Below are positions 1 through 7,955 of a stretch of 64,000 nt of DNA, piece by piece. The notes under the pieces are model-generated. The model did no database searches. It was not told the origin of the DNA and saw only the letters and a list, made by a program, of their open reading frames with translations. Within the stretch, counting starts at the first letter, position 1; every line of letters begins with the position of its first letter. Both the position numbers and the translations under genes were made by a program. Source of the stretch: a virus. The stretch lies in the IMG/VR virus record IMGVR_UViG_3300002448_000161. One strand, written 5' to 3'.

Positions 1-114
1 GTCTCCGTTGGAGCCCATACAGGCTGTTGCCAGCGTGAGCAGCGTTGCCAGGATAGCGGCCGTTGCTGCCGCGTATAGTCCTCTTGCCTGATCAGTTTTG
101 GTTCGGGTATTCAC
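1..114 (-). CDS. Lipoprotein, N-terminal part only (runs off the left end)
   Basis: Read by hand, not in the ORF track. GTG at 114 follows an AGAGAGG RBS and gives MNTRTKTDQARGLYAAATAAILATLLTLATA-C-MGSNGD, a signal peptide with a lipobox. Confidence 0.6.
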   Translation of the reverse strand, partial: MNTRTKTDQARGLYAAATAAILATLLTLATACMGSNGD

Positions 115-337
115 TGGCGTCGCCTCTCTTGGTCTCCTGCAGAGCCCGGTGTAATGGGTGGTTGGTTGGCTGGTACAGGCTCCACCTCAGGCTGTGGATT
201 ATTTTTGCCCTCTGGGTTGTAGGTCGAGAGGCCAGCTCTGCCTTGAGGTCGGGCCAGGTTCCTGCGCCTCTTTCGCCGGTTACCGGATTGGTCCAGATGG
301 CCCACTTTTCCTCTTCAGGCTGGGGTGTGTGTTGCAT
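92..337 (-). CDS. Hypothetical protein (~81 aa)
   Basis: 3' part of track ORF 92..547. Probable start MQHTPQ at 337, just after the DUF488 stop. Confidence 0.5.
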   Translation of the reverse strand: MQHTPQPEEEKWAIWTNPVTGERGAGTWPDLKAELASRPTTQRAKIIHSLRWSLYQPTNHPLHRALQETKRGDASEYPNQN

Positions 338-348
338 GTTCCACCGCC

Positions 349-921
349 TTATCTTCGGTAGGCTATGGCTCGGCCCTGGGTCTCCAGTGCTTTTTCGCCT
401 AGCTTGGCGGTCAGGGTCTGCACCAGGTCGGAGTGTCGGACAGTTACCTTCCTCGGTTTTATGTGGACGGTTTCGTGTCCGAGTATCCGGAGCTTCTCCG
501 CGATGAGCAGGCTTCTGTGGCATTTTTCCGGATCCTTTTCTGTGCACATGAATGCGGTTAGTTGGTCAGCTGCGCTGAGCAGGATCTGGTTCAGCGTGGT
601 GATGAACGGAGTCTCCTGGGCCATCAGTCCGTAGTCGGCCACCCCGTTGCGGTACAGCCGCTCCGTCGTGGGCCTCCCGCCCAGGTTTTGTCCCTCATAC
701 TGGTAGTCGATGCCCTTTCCGGTCAGGAAGGTCTCCAGCTCTTTTCGGTTGAAGTGGGGCACGTAGTTGGATTTCGGGTGGCTTCTTACGTCGATTACCC
801 TGGCGATCCCGTGCTGGTTCAGCATGTTGAGGAAGCCCGCGGCTGTGTGGTTGGAGTGGCCTATCGAATAGAGCACGGCCTGACCCTCCTTTTCCTCGGG
901 TTCCTGTGACTTCTGGTTCAT
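349..921 (-). CDS. DUF488 family protein
   Basis: Motifs YSIGHSNH, VIDVRSHP, LGGRP and FMCTEKDPEKCHRSLLI. Confidence 0.85.
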   Translation of the reverse strand: MNQKSQEPEEKEGQAVLYSIGHSNHTAAGFLNMLNQHGIARVIDVRSHPKSNYVPHFNRKELETFLTGKGIDYQYEGQNLGGRPTTERLYRNGVADYGLMAQETPFITTLNQILLSAADQLTAFMCTEKDPEKCHRSLLIAEKLRILGHETVHIKPRKVTVRHSDLVQTLTAKLGEKALETQGRAIAYRR

Positions 922-950
922 AGTTCAGTTTTCCTTTTCGGTCGCTGGTC

Positions 951-1457
951 TCAGCATTTTATGTAGCGCGGGGGTCCGGTTGGGTCCAGGTTCTCGCCGG
1001 CCCGGTCTTCGAGGGCCTGGTGTACGCCTTTGATCGTTCTGACCAGGTATGCCGCCGCCCGGTGCATCAGGTCCGGTTCTTCGGGGTCCTCGTACAGGAT
1101 CACCGTCCTCTTTCCGGTGGCGATGGCGTATCCGAGTTCCAGGTGGGCGGACCGGCTGCAGGGCAGCACGCAGATGACCGCTGTGGCTTCTTTTAGCGCG
1201 GTCATGTCCCGTTCGAATGTTTTGACGCTGTCCTGGTCTTCGAGCATTTGAATCACTTGCTCAAAGTCGATGCTTCGGCCGTGTTCTCCCTGCCCGTTGC
1301 TGTTCAGCTGCGCCCAGGCCCCTGGCTGATTCTCCTCGGTGAAGTTGAAGACGGTGTGTCCGTTCTCTCTCAGGCTTTTCGTCAGCTCTGTCAGGCGCCG
1401 ATTGCGGCTGCTGCTTGCGATGTAAATCTGGTGTTGGTTGGGCGAGTTTTCTGTCAT
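951..1457 (-). CDS. Nucleoside 2-deoxyribosyltransferase-like (NDT fold) protein
   Basis: IYIASS at the N-terminus, D...LKEATAVICVLP, and SAHLELGYAIATGK (catalytic-Glu motif of NDT/Rcl hydrolases). Confidence 0.7.
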   Translation of the reverse strand: MTENSPNQHQIYIASSSRNRRLTELTKSLRENGHTVFNFTEENQPGAWAQLNSNGQGEHGRSIDFEQVIQMLEDQDSVKTFERDMTALKEATAVICVLPCSRSAHLELGYAIATGKRTVILYEDPEEPDLMHRAAAYLVRTIKGVHQALEDRAGENLDPTGPPRYIKC

Positions 1458-3136
1458 GGCTGGGAATCTCCTTTATCTGCTGGCAGGCCATAGTACCATT
1501 GGAGGGTGTCAGCGTGGTTTTTGATTTCGGGAAATTCCGCGATGAGGGCTCCTATCGCGCTCTGGGGGTCGTGGGCCCGTATTCTTTTCATTCCGTCGTA
1601 GAAGGGCTGGGCTCCGGCCTGATCTCTGATCTTTGCCAGCAACGCGGTTCCGAGCCGATAGTGGCACTGGGTTGTTGCGTTGTACCTGGGCCTTTGGGCC
1701 AGGGGCATTTCTTCGGCGCAGCTCGCGGCCTCTTTCCAGAAAGTGCCGTGCTGCTCGGACCCGGCGATCAGTTCAGCCATTCCTTCGGCCAGCCAGACCT
1801 CGGCGCCGTGCCAGTAATGGTGGGCGATTTCGTGGAAGAGTATTCTTTTCAGTTCCGCCCGGTCGGGCTGGTGTACAGCTCCCTGCTCGTCGTATCTCCG
1901 GTTGATCACGGTCGCCGTGTCGTAATTTATTCCTCCCACCGTTGGGTGACCGGTGTCTCCCATGACCAGTATTACTGTCTGGTCCGGCAGGGGCTCCTGG
2001 TTGACCAGCTCGTTGTGGGCCACGGCTTTCTTGAGGTACTCCATGGTCTCGCTGCGTCCCCGGCCGTAGGGTCTCACTATGTGCAGGGTTATCCGGCCGC
2101 TGTGCGCTGTTTCGATTGTCGTGCTTTCAACCGTCGTATTCTCCGGCTTCAGCATTTCGTGGAGGCGGGCCGGCTCGTGTCTGGATGCCGCGTACGCTGC
2201 CGCTATTACCGGGGTCCATGCATCGGATATGCCCGTGTCCTGGAACGTGGGGTGGTCCAGGACCTCTTTCAGGTCCTCCGGACTCCTGTGGTATAGCTGC
2301 GCGAGGGTTTTGACCGCGCTGCGGTCCTCCGGTTGCCAGGTCTGCAGGAAGGGCATTGACGCTATGCCTCCCGGCTCTTCGTTGTCATGCCGGCTTTCCA
2401 GCCCGGTTACGATGTCTACTGTTTCTCTTTGCAGGGCGTTGAGCTCCCGCCCGGTCCACGGCAGCTGAAGCGGCCTGATTATGGTTGCCGTGCCCGGCGC
2501 CCAGCCGTCGCTGTCCGGTTTCGTCGTATCTTGCTGCCTTTCTTCAGCGGTGTGGCTGTGGCTGTGCTCCGCGATCCGTGGATTGGTGGCGATATGCTCT
2601 GGAAGTTGCCACTCGAATCTTTCGCTCGAGGCAAAGGCTTCGGATCTCAGGTCGTTCATTCGCTGGCGCAGCTTCTCGGTCCGTTTCGGGTTAGCTCCGC
2701 TTTTGTCGGCGTGCCAGACGGCGTGGTGCATGCTCGTGAGTGCGGCCTTGGTCTCTCCCGCGAGGGCCTGGCAGTATCCGATGAGTTCGTGGCTTCTTGA
2801 GGATTCTGCGGCGTAGCCGTGTCCAAGCTTGAGCCTTGCGATGTGGTCTCTCGCTGCGTCGATGGCGCCCTGGCAATCGCCGCTTTCGGCCCTGTCTACG
2901 GCCGTCGTGAGTCGGCTGACGGTCCGGTCATAACCCTGTGGGGTCTCCGGTTCGGTGGCTTCCTGCTGTGGGGGAGGGCTCTTCAGGCTGGTCTGCGTCG
3001 GCGTCTCCAGGTGATCTGGGTTGTTGTTATCCTGGCCGGTATTTATGGTTATGCAAGCGGCCTGCGCGACAGCCGCTGTCAGCAGGGCGGCCAGCAGAAT
3101 GGTGGTTGTTCGCCTATTTTTCATGTTAAGACCCAA
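1454..3136 (-). CDS. Secreted/lipoprotein zinc metallopeptidase (gluzincin-like C-terminal domain)
   Basis: Signal peptide ending QAA-C, a helical TPR-like N-region, and HEIAHHYW...WLAEGMAE (HExxH plus downstream Glu). Confidence 0.7.
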   Translation of the reverse strand: MGLNMKNRRTTTILLAALLTAAVAQAACITINTGQDNNNPDHLETPTQTSLKSPPPQQEATEPETPQGYDRTVSRLTTAVDRAESGDCQGAIDAARDHIARLKLGHGYAAESSRSHELIGYCQALAGETKAALTSMHHAVWHADKSGANPKRTEKLRQRMNDLRSEAFASSERFEWQLPEHIATNPRIAEHSHSHTAEERQQDTTKPDSDGWAPGTATIIRPLQLPWTGRELNALQRETVDIVTGLESRHDNEEPGGIASMPFLQTWQPEDRSAVKTLAQLYHRSPEDLKEVLDHPTFQDTGISDAWTPVIAAAYAASRHEPARLHEMLKPENTTVESTTIETAHSGRITLHIVRPYGRGRSETMEYLKKAVAHNELVNQEPLPDQTVILVMGDTGHPTVGGINYDTATVINRRYDEQGAVHQPDRAELKRILFHEIAHHYWHGAEVWLAEGMAELIAGSEQHGTFWKEAASCAEEMPLAQRPRYNATTQCHYRLGTALLAKIRDQAGAQPFYDGMKRIRAHDPQSAIGALIAEFPEIKNHADTLQWYYGLPADKGDSQP

Positions 3137-3638
3137 CCTTCAGGGCCAGGTTGGTCGTACGGCCGGGTGCTCTGCGCCGGCTTCCCTGAACGTGCAGCTC
3201 TCTTTGCACCTGGTCCAGGTACTTTGCGTCCTCGGCCTTCCGGTTGGCCTCAAGTCCGGCTTTTATTTCCGCTGTGGTCATTCCGCTTTCCGACATCGTA
3301 GCCCGGTAACGGTTGAAGGTCTCTTCCAGGGCGTGCTCCCCCTCTTCCAGGGTCTTGAAGTTCCTGATGCCGCGGATCGGCGAGCGGGGCAGGTCTCCGA
3401 TGCAGCACCATCCCCTTGCTGAGGGCAGCTGTGACGGTCGCCGAGCCAGTTCTCCGTCGGGATGGTACTGGTCGCTCTTGTAGAGCGTAGCGTCGAAGTC
3501 GGGCCCGATGTATTCCACTATTCCGGGTTGAACCTGGATCCAGTTCTGGCTTTTCATTTTCCACACCTCGTTGAGCAGGTTGCGCGTTCTTCCGCTTACC
3601 TTCCGGCCTCGCTGCTCTGGCGCGAGGCTCTTCCCCAC
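3126..3638 (-). CDS. Hypothetical protein
   Basis: Open frame in operon position. The start may be MKSQNW at 3557. Confidence 0.45.
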   Translation of the reverse strand: MGKSLAPEQRGRKVSGRTRNLLNEVWKMKSQNWIQVQPGIVEYIGPDFDATLYKSDQYHPDGELARRPSQLPSARGWCCIGDLPRSPIRGIRNFKTLEEGEHALEETFNRYRATMSESGMTTAEIKAGLEANRKAEDAKYLDQVQRELHVQGSRRRAPGRTTNLALKVGS

Positions 3639-3705
3639 GGGGTTTGGTGGCCCTGTTGGCCGCTGTTTCTCGCCGGCCAGGCTTCACGGCGTCCTGGTGT
3701 CAGGA

Positions 3706-3714
3706 TGGTATGAT
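3706..3714 (+). promoter_or_regulatory. Candidate extended -10 promoter upstream of parA
   Basis: TG-g-TATGAT in the divergent intergenic region. Confidence 0.35.
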
Positions 3715-3878
3715 GGCAAAGCGCCCGGGTGACTTCCCGTCCTGGCCGCTCTCCTGTTGCAAGTCGTGGAGACTTGCCGGAAAACTGCTTTACCCGCCCA
3801 CCGTTCTTCTGTTAAGGTTCTCTAACATCCTGGCGGCGAGCCGTCACGGCCTGTCGTCGATTTGGGGGGGTTGCAGTT

Positions 3879-4544
3879 ATGTCTCTGTTCGTTGGGTTTG
3901 TGGGGTTCAAGGGCGGGACCGGCAAGACTATTCTCTGCTTTCAGATGGCGGAGCGGGCGCTGGCCGCCGGGCTCAAGGTCTGTGTCGTCGATCTCGACCC
4001 GGAGCTGTCGTCCCGTGATCATTTCCTCTGGCGTTCCCAGCGGGAGCTTTCTACCTGGGACCTGGAGGTCAAGGACGTCAGTCGTGCGCCGGAGCGGGAG
4101 ATGTTTGACGGATCCTTGGATTCCTACGACATCGTCTTCTGCGATTTCCCGGGCTTTAACTCCGACCGGGTGCGTGAGTATATGGACCGCATGGACCTTA
4201 TGCTTGCTCCTATCTCTGCCAGCCCGCAGGACCGGACGGTGAATACCTCTCTCGGCTTTCTTGGCCAGCGACGCTCGTGGCCACTTTATTTTGTCGTCAA
4301 CCACGTTGCGGTCAGCAGCAAGCGGGCGCGGTCCCTGCTGGAGGACCTTTTCGCCGGCGAGTTCAAGATCTGTCCGGTCATGGTCTCCCGCTGGGTACTT
4401 TTCCACGAGTCGTCCGAATGGGGTTACGGGGTGTGTGAATACGCTCCTGAGTCCCGCGCTGCGGCTCAGGTGGGCCGCCTGTGGTCCTGGTTGGATGAAA
4501 CCCTTGGTACTCTCGTTGAATCGCGGCTTGCGGCCGCAGTTTGA
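3879..4544 (+). CDS. parA: ParA family partition ATPase (short, type Ib)
   Basis: Deviant Walker A KGGTGKT, VVDLDP, and FCDFPG. No N-terminal HTH. Confidence 0.9.
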   Translation: MSLFVGFVGFKGGTGKTILCFQMAERALAAGLKVCVVDLDPELSSRDHFLWRSQRELSTWDLEVKDVSRAPEREMFDGSLDSYDIVFCDFPGFNSDRVREYMDRMDLMLAPISASPQDRTVNTSLGFLGQRRSWPLYFVVNHVAVSSKRARSLLEDLFAGEFKICPVMVSRWVLFHESSEWGYGVCEYAPESRAAAQVGRLWSWLDETLGTLVESRLAAAV

Positions 4545-4554
4545 GGTGATGTTT

Positions 4555-4875
4555 ATGAGTTCCCAGTCTTCAAAGCCCTCCGTGCCCCTTTCGGGTCGCT
4601 CGCACATCGAGGCTGCCCGCGAGCGCGACGTCAGCCGACAGCTGGCGGATTCTCCTCCGGAGAACGGTTCTGGTTCTTCGGATGCGGCCGAGTCCAGATG
4701 GTCCAACGTGGTTGCCAAGCCCCGCGCTAACGGCAAGGTCAAGACGACCATTCATATATTGGCCGAGCGTCAGGCCTTTCTCCGTCGCGCGAATTACATC
4801 ACCGAGCGTAGCGTTTCCGACCTGGTGGACCAGGCTATTGAGCTGCTTGAGAAGGAGCTCGCCCTCGATGACTAG
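4555..4875 (+). CDS. Putative ribbon-helix-helix partition adaptor (ParG-like)
   Basis: Follows parA with a GAGGTG RBS. Disordered N-terminus, then KTTIHI (strand) and two helices (SVSDLVDQAIELL). Confidence 0.6.
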   Translation: MSSQSSKPSVPLSGRSHIEAARERDVSRQLADSPPENGSGSSDAAESRWSNVVAKPRANGKVKTTIHILAERQAFLRRANYITERSVSDLVDQAIELLEKELALDD

Positions 4876-5480
4876 GGCTGTCCTGAAAGCCTGGCGTTGG
4901 TGGGCCCCCGCTGGTTCTGGTAATGGCTTCCGAGTTCCGGATGGCCATAGGGCCGCCGGGCTGGCTTGTCCATCATCATCAGCGCCATCTGCCCGATCTT
5001 CATACCTGGCCGGAGCCTTATGATGTGCCTGGCCAGGTTGCTTATTTCCAGCGTTAGATCTCCGCTGAACCCTGGGTCTATGAATCCGGCCGTCGCGTGT
5101 ATTGCCAGCGCCACCCGGCCCAGGGTGCTTTTGCCTTCTATCCTGCCGACAATGTAGTCCGGCAGGCTTATGATCTCCATCGTGCTGCCCAGTACGAAGT
5201 CTCCTGGAAGGAGGAGGTATCCTTCCGGTCCTATGTCGACCTCTGTGGTGGGTACGTTGGTTCCTTCCTCTACGTCCACGATCCGTGACGGTGTCTCGTC
5301 GAATGTTCTCAGCTGGCCTGCCAGGTGGAGCTCCACGCTGGCGGCTTGCAGGTCGCGCTCGGTGAAGCCGCTTATTTTGATCTCGCCATCGTCGATCAGC
5401 TTTTTTATCGTCTGGTCGCTCAGCATCAGTCCTCCGGTTGGAGTATCTTCATGGGGCGTCCGGCCTGTCTTTTCCAACAT
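4872..5480 (-). CDS. dcd: dCTP deaminase, probably the dUMP-forming bifunctional type
   Basis: Motifs GRIEGKSTLGR, AGFIDPGFSG.LTLEISN, PGMKIGQ and YQNQRGPT, which resemble the actinobacterial Dcd type. Confidence 0.92.
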   Translation of the reverse strand: MLEKTGRTPHEDTPTGGLMLSDQTIKKLIDDGEIKISGFTERDLQAASVELHLAGQLRTFDETPSRIVDVEEGTNVPTTEVDIGPEGYLLLPGDFVLGSTMEIISLPDYIVGRIEGKSTLGRVALAIHATAGFIDPGFSGDLTLEISNLARHIIRLRPGMKIGQMALMMMDKPARRPYGHPELGSHYQNQRGPTNARLSGQP

Positions 5481-5493
5481 GGTATATGTCCTC

Positions 5494-6921
5494 TCAGCCC
5501 TGGCTTCGGTAGACTTCTTCCTGGAAAAGGCTGGGGTGCAGGCTGGCCAGTTTGTCCGTTGCCTCTTTTATCGGACGCCTGATTGAAGCGTGGGCTTTCT
5601 CCGATGTCCTCAGTCGCAGCAGGTGGTAGCACTCGCGCAGGTTTACCGTGGTGATCATCCGCTGGATGTGCGTGTGGGTTACCAGGTAGGCGGCCGCTGG
5701 CGGGCAGTATTCGGCGATTTTCTGGTGCGCCCTCGCGGCCTGTTCCAGCGCCTCGTCGAACTCGTCGGCTGCGCCGGCTTCCTCTATCAGGTCCGGCATG
5801 GTCCGTCCCAGCGAGATGGTGGGCTGCTGGGGCAGCAGTGATTGGATCCGGTGGCGCCGGAACTCCCGCAGGGCTCCGTAGTCCATGGCCAGCTCCAGTG
5901 TGAAGTGGATCTGTTCCAGCTCCCTGGGCCCCGGGTCGTGGGGCCCCATCCTCTTCAGGTAGCTTGCGATCAGCTCTGCTCTTTCCTCTTCTCCGAGCGC
6001 CTGGGCGGTGTTCCTCGCCTGCTGGTAGCTTGTGTTATGTCGGTGGAAAAGGTAGGCGGCGGCGAGCCTTTCCTCGGCGTCCCGGTCGTCCTGTATTACC
6101 CGGGCCGCCGGCCCCTTATTTTTGTTTCGCGCCGATGCTCCGATGGTCATCTGCACCGGTCGGTTCAAGTCCTTCTGCAGGTAGTCGGAGGCTTCGGCGT
6201 ACTTAACCAGCGAGGGGCAGATTTTGAGCGCTTCCTGCTTTAGTTTCTGTCCCAGCTCTCTCTCCTCGTCGAGGGGCGCTGACAGCAGCTTGCTGATGGC
6301 GTGTTCCATCGTCCTGGCGTTGGCGGTTAGGCCTACGTTTGTTGTTGTGGCCGCAGGCAGCAGGCCTCTGCTGGAGTCCATGGCTATACGTTCCAGGCGG
6401 CTGGTGAAAGCCCTTTCGGTCTCGCCAGCATTTTTGTCTGTGGTGGTTTTCAGGTGCGTTACGCACTGGGCGGTTATGGTCTCGTAGCTTTGCATCAGCT
6501 GGTTTGCCGCCTCCTTGAAGGCGGCGATTAGCTGCGGTTTCCCGGCCAGCTCGGCCGGTGTATGAAAGTTTCCTGGGATGATGGCCTGGTATCTGGAGGA
6601 TTTTTCGGTGTAGGAGCCGAGCCGGTTATCCTCCAGCCGGTCCACGGCGAGCCTGGAGAAGTTTTCCACCGCGATGTGGAGGACTGCGTGTTCTGCCACT
6701 GACGCGTGGCCGTACCCCAGCACCCACTTTTCGTTGAACTCCTCTGCCCTGGTTGCGGTCACCTGTCTGGCGATGGCGTCGAAGGCTTCCGGGTTGCGGG
6801 AGGTCATTGCAAAGGTTACGGCTATTTCTTCTTCGGTGGTCTCCCTGTGGTTCAGCGCGTAGACCCGGGTTACCGGGTTGTCAATTTCCGGCAGCCGGCT
6901 TTGTGTCATTGGTTTCTCCAT
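5494..6921 (-). CDS. thyX: FAD-dependent thymidylate synthase, tandem-domain type
   Basis: First domain has GHASVAEH and RLGSYTEKSSRY. Second domain has EFRRHR and NLRECYHLLRLR. Confidence 0.85.
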   Translation of the reverse strand: MEKPMTQSRLPEIDNPVTRVYALNHRETTEEEIAVTFAMTSRNPEAFDAIARQVTATRAEEFNEKWVLGYGHASVAEHAVLHIAVENFSRLAVDRLEDNRLGSYTEKSSRYQAIIPGNFHTPAELAGKPQLIAAFKEAANQLMQSYETITAQCVTHLKTTTDKNAGETERAFTSRLERIAMDSSRGLLPAATTTNVGLTANARTMEHAISKLLSAPLDEERELGQKLKQEALKICPSLVKYAEASDYLQKDLNRPVQMTIGASARNKNKGPAARVIQDDRDAEERLAAAYLFHRHNTSYQQARNTAQALGEEERAELIASYLKRMGPHDPGPRELEQIHFTLELAMDYGALREFRRHRIQSLLPQQPTISLGRTMPDLIEEAGAADEFDEALEQAARAHQKIAEYCPPAAAYLVTHTHIQRMITTVNLRECYHLLRLRTSEKAHASIRRPIKEATDKLASLHPSLFQEEVYRSQG

Positions 6922-7420
6922 TCCTTCGCGGGGTACCGGCGGCGGTTTTCGTTCCCGTTTCCGGCGCCATTTTTCGTCGGTCTCGTGCTTCCGTTGCTGC
7001 TTTCAGCGTGGGCAGTCGGCAGGCGGTGACCTGCACCCGTTTCTGGGCCGCGTTGCTGTCCCATTTGTTCTCCCTCGCCCAGGCGTATTCCAGGCAGGCC
7101 CGCAGGTAACGGACGTTGCGGGTCTCCTCCATCCTGTAGGGGCCGGAGCACTCGCTCTGCCAGGGCCCGGCGGCTGGTGTAGAGTGAACCTCCCTGCCCT
7201 GCAGTTTCATTCGGGCCTTCCAGGTTTTCCTCCATCTGTCGATGGCTATCTGTATGTTGTGGAATCCCGCCTGGGCGTTGGGGTGGTCGTGGAAGTCCCC
7301 GCGCCCCTTCCTCATCTGGTGGTCGAGCCTCAGCTCCCGGTAGTTCCGGCCCTTGCGGAGCAGGTCCGTTACGGCCCTTGCTTCATCTTGTTTGCCGCTT
7401 CTGGCCGGCGGCGCCGTCAT
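6881..7420 (-). CDS. Hypothetical basic protein
   Basis: Fills the gap between the DUF1937 gene and thyX with abutting ends. No motif recognised. Confidence 0.4.
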   Translation of the reverse strand: MTAPPARSGKQDEARAVTDLLRKGRNYRELRLDHQMRKGRGDFHDHPNAQAGFHNIQIAIDRWRKTWKARMKLQGREVHSTPAAGPWQSECSGPYRMEETRNVRYLRACLEYAWARENKWDSNAAQKRVQVTACRLPTLKAATEARDRRKMAPETGTKTAAGTPRRNGETNDTKPAAGN

Positions 7421-7915
7421 TCAGCTGCACCCTTTGGTTTGATTCCAGATGGTTCTCATCATCTCGAGTTGGTCGGCGCCGATGGCCTCTTCCATTTCCC
7501 TGTGGTCTACTACCGCGATCGGGGTCGCTTTTCCTCTTGCGAAGCCCAGTTCCGTGAGGACTCCCTTGCTCTCCTCCCAGCCGGGCAGGCAGAGCAGGAC
7601 AACCCCGGCCGCCGCGGCCAGGAAGCTCATGTCAAGGGTGTACCATCCGTCCGGGTGGTGGATCCCGTCTTCCTCCAGTTTCACGGTGTAGGCTATTGGG
7701 GAAAATACTGCGTTGCCCTGTCCGATGATCGCCTTTGCCATTTTGGCGATTGCCTCGCGTCTCAGCGCCATCAGCTTCTTGTTTTCGCTGTAGTAGGGCG
7801 CTGCCAGGTAAACGTAGCCGGGTATCGGCCGGTTCAGGCCCTGCATGTAACGGTTGAAGTCGCCGTTGGGGCCTTCGATGTCCGGGGGAGTGTTGGGCAG
7901 TCCTTTTCCTGTCAT
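7421..7915 (-). CDS. DUF1937 / NDT-fold nucleotide hydrolase-like protein
   Basis: Motifs YVYLAAPY, AVFSPI and LCLPGWEESKGVLTELGFA. Confidence 0.75.
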   Translation of the reverse strand: MTGKGLPNTPPDIEGPNGDFNRYMQGLNRPIPGYVYLAAPYYSENKKLMALRREAIAKMAKAIIGQGNAVFSPIAYTVKLEEDGIHHPDGWYTLDMSFLAAAAGVVLLCLPGWEESKGVLTELGFARGKATPIAVVDHREMEEAIGADQLEMMRTIWNQTKGCS

Positions 7916-7955
7916 TGGAAGCTTCTCCTGGTCCGTGGCTTCTTTTTTGGTGTGG

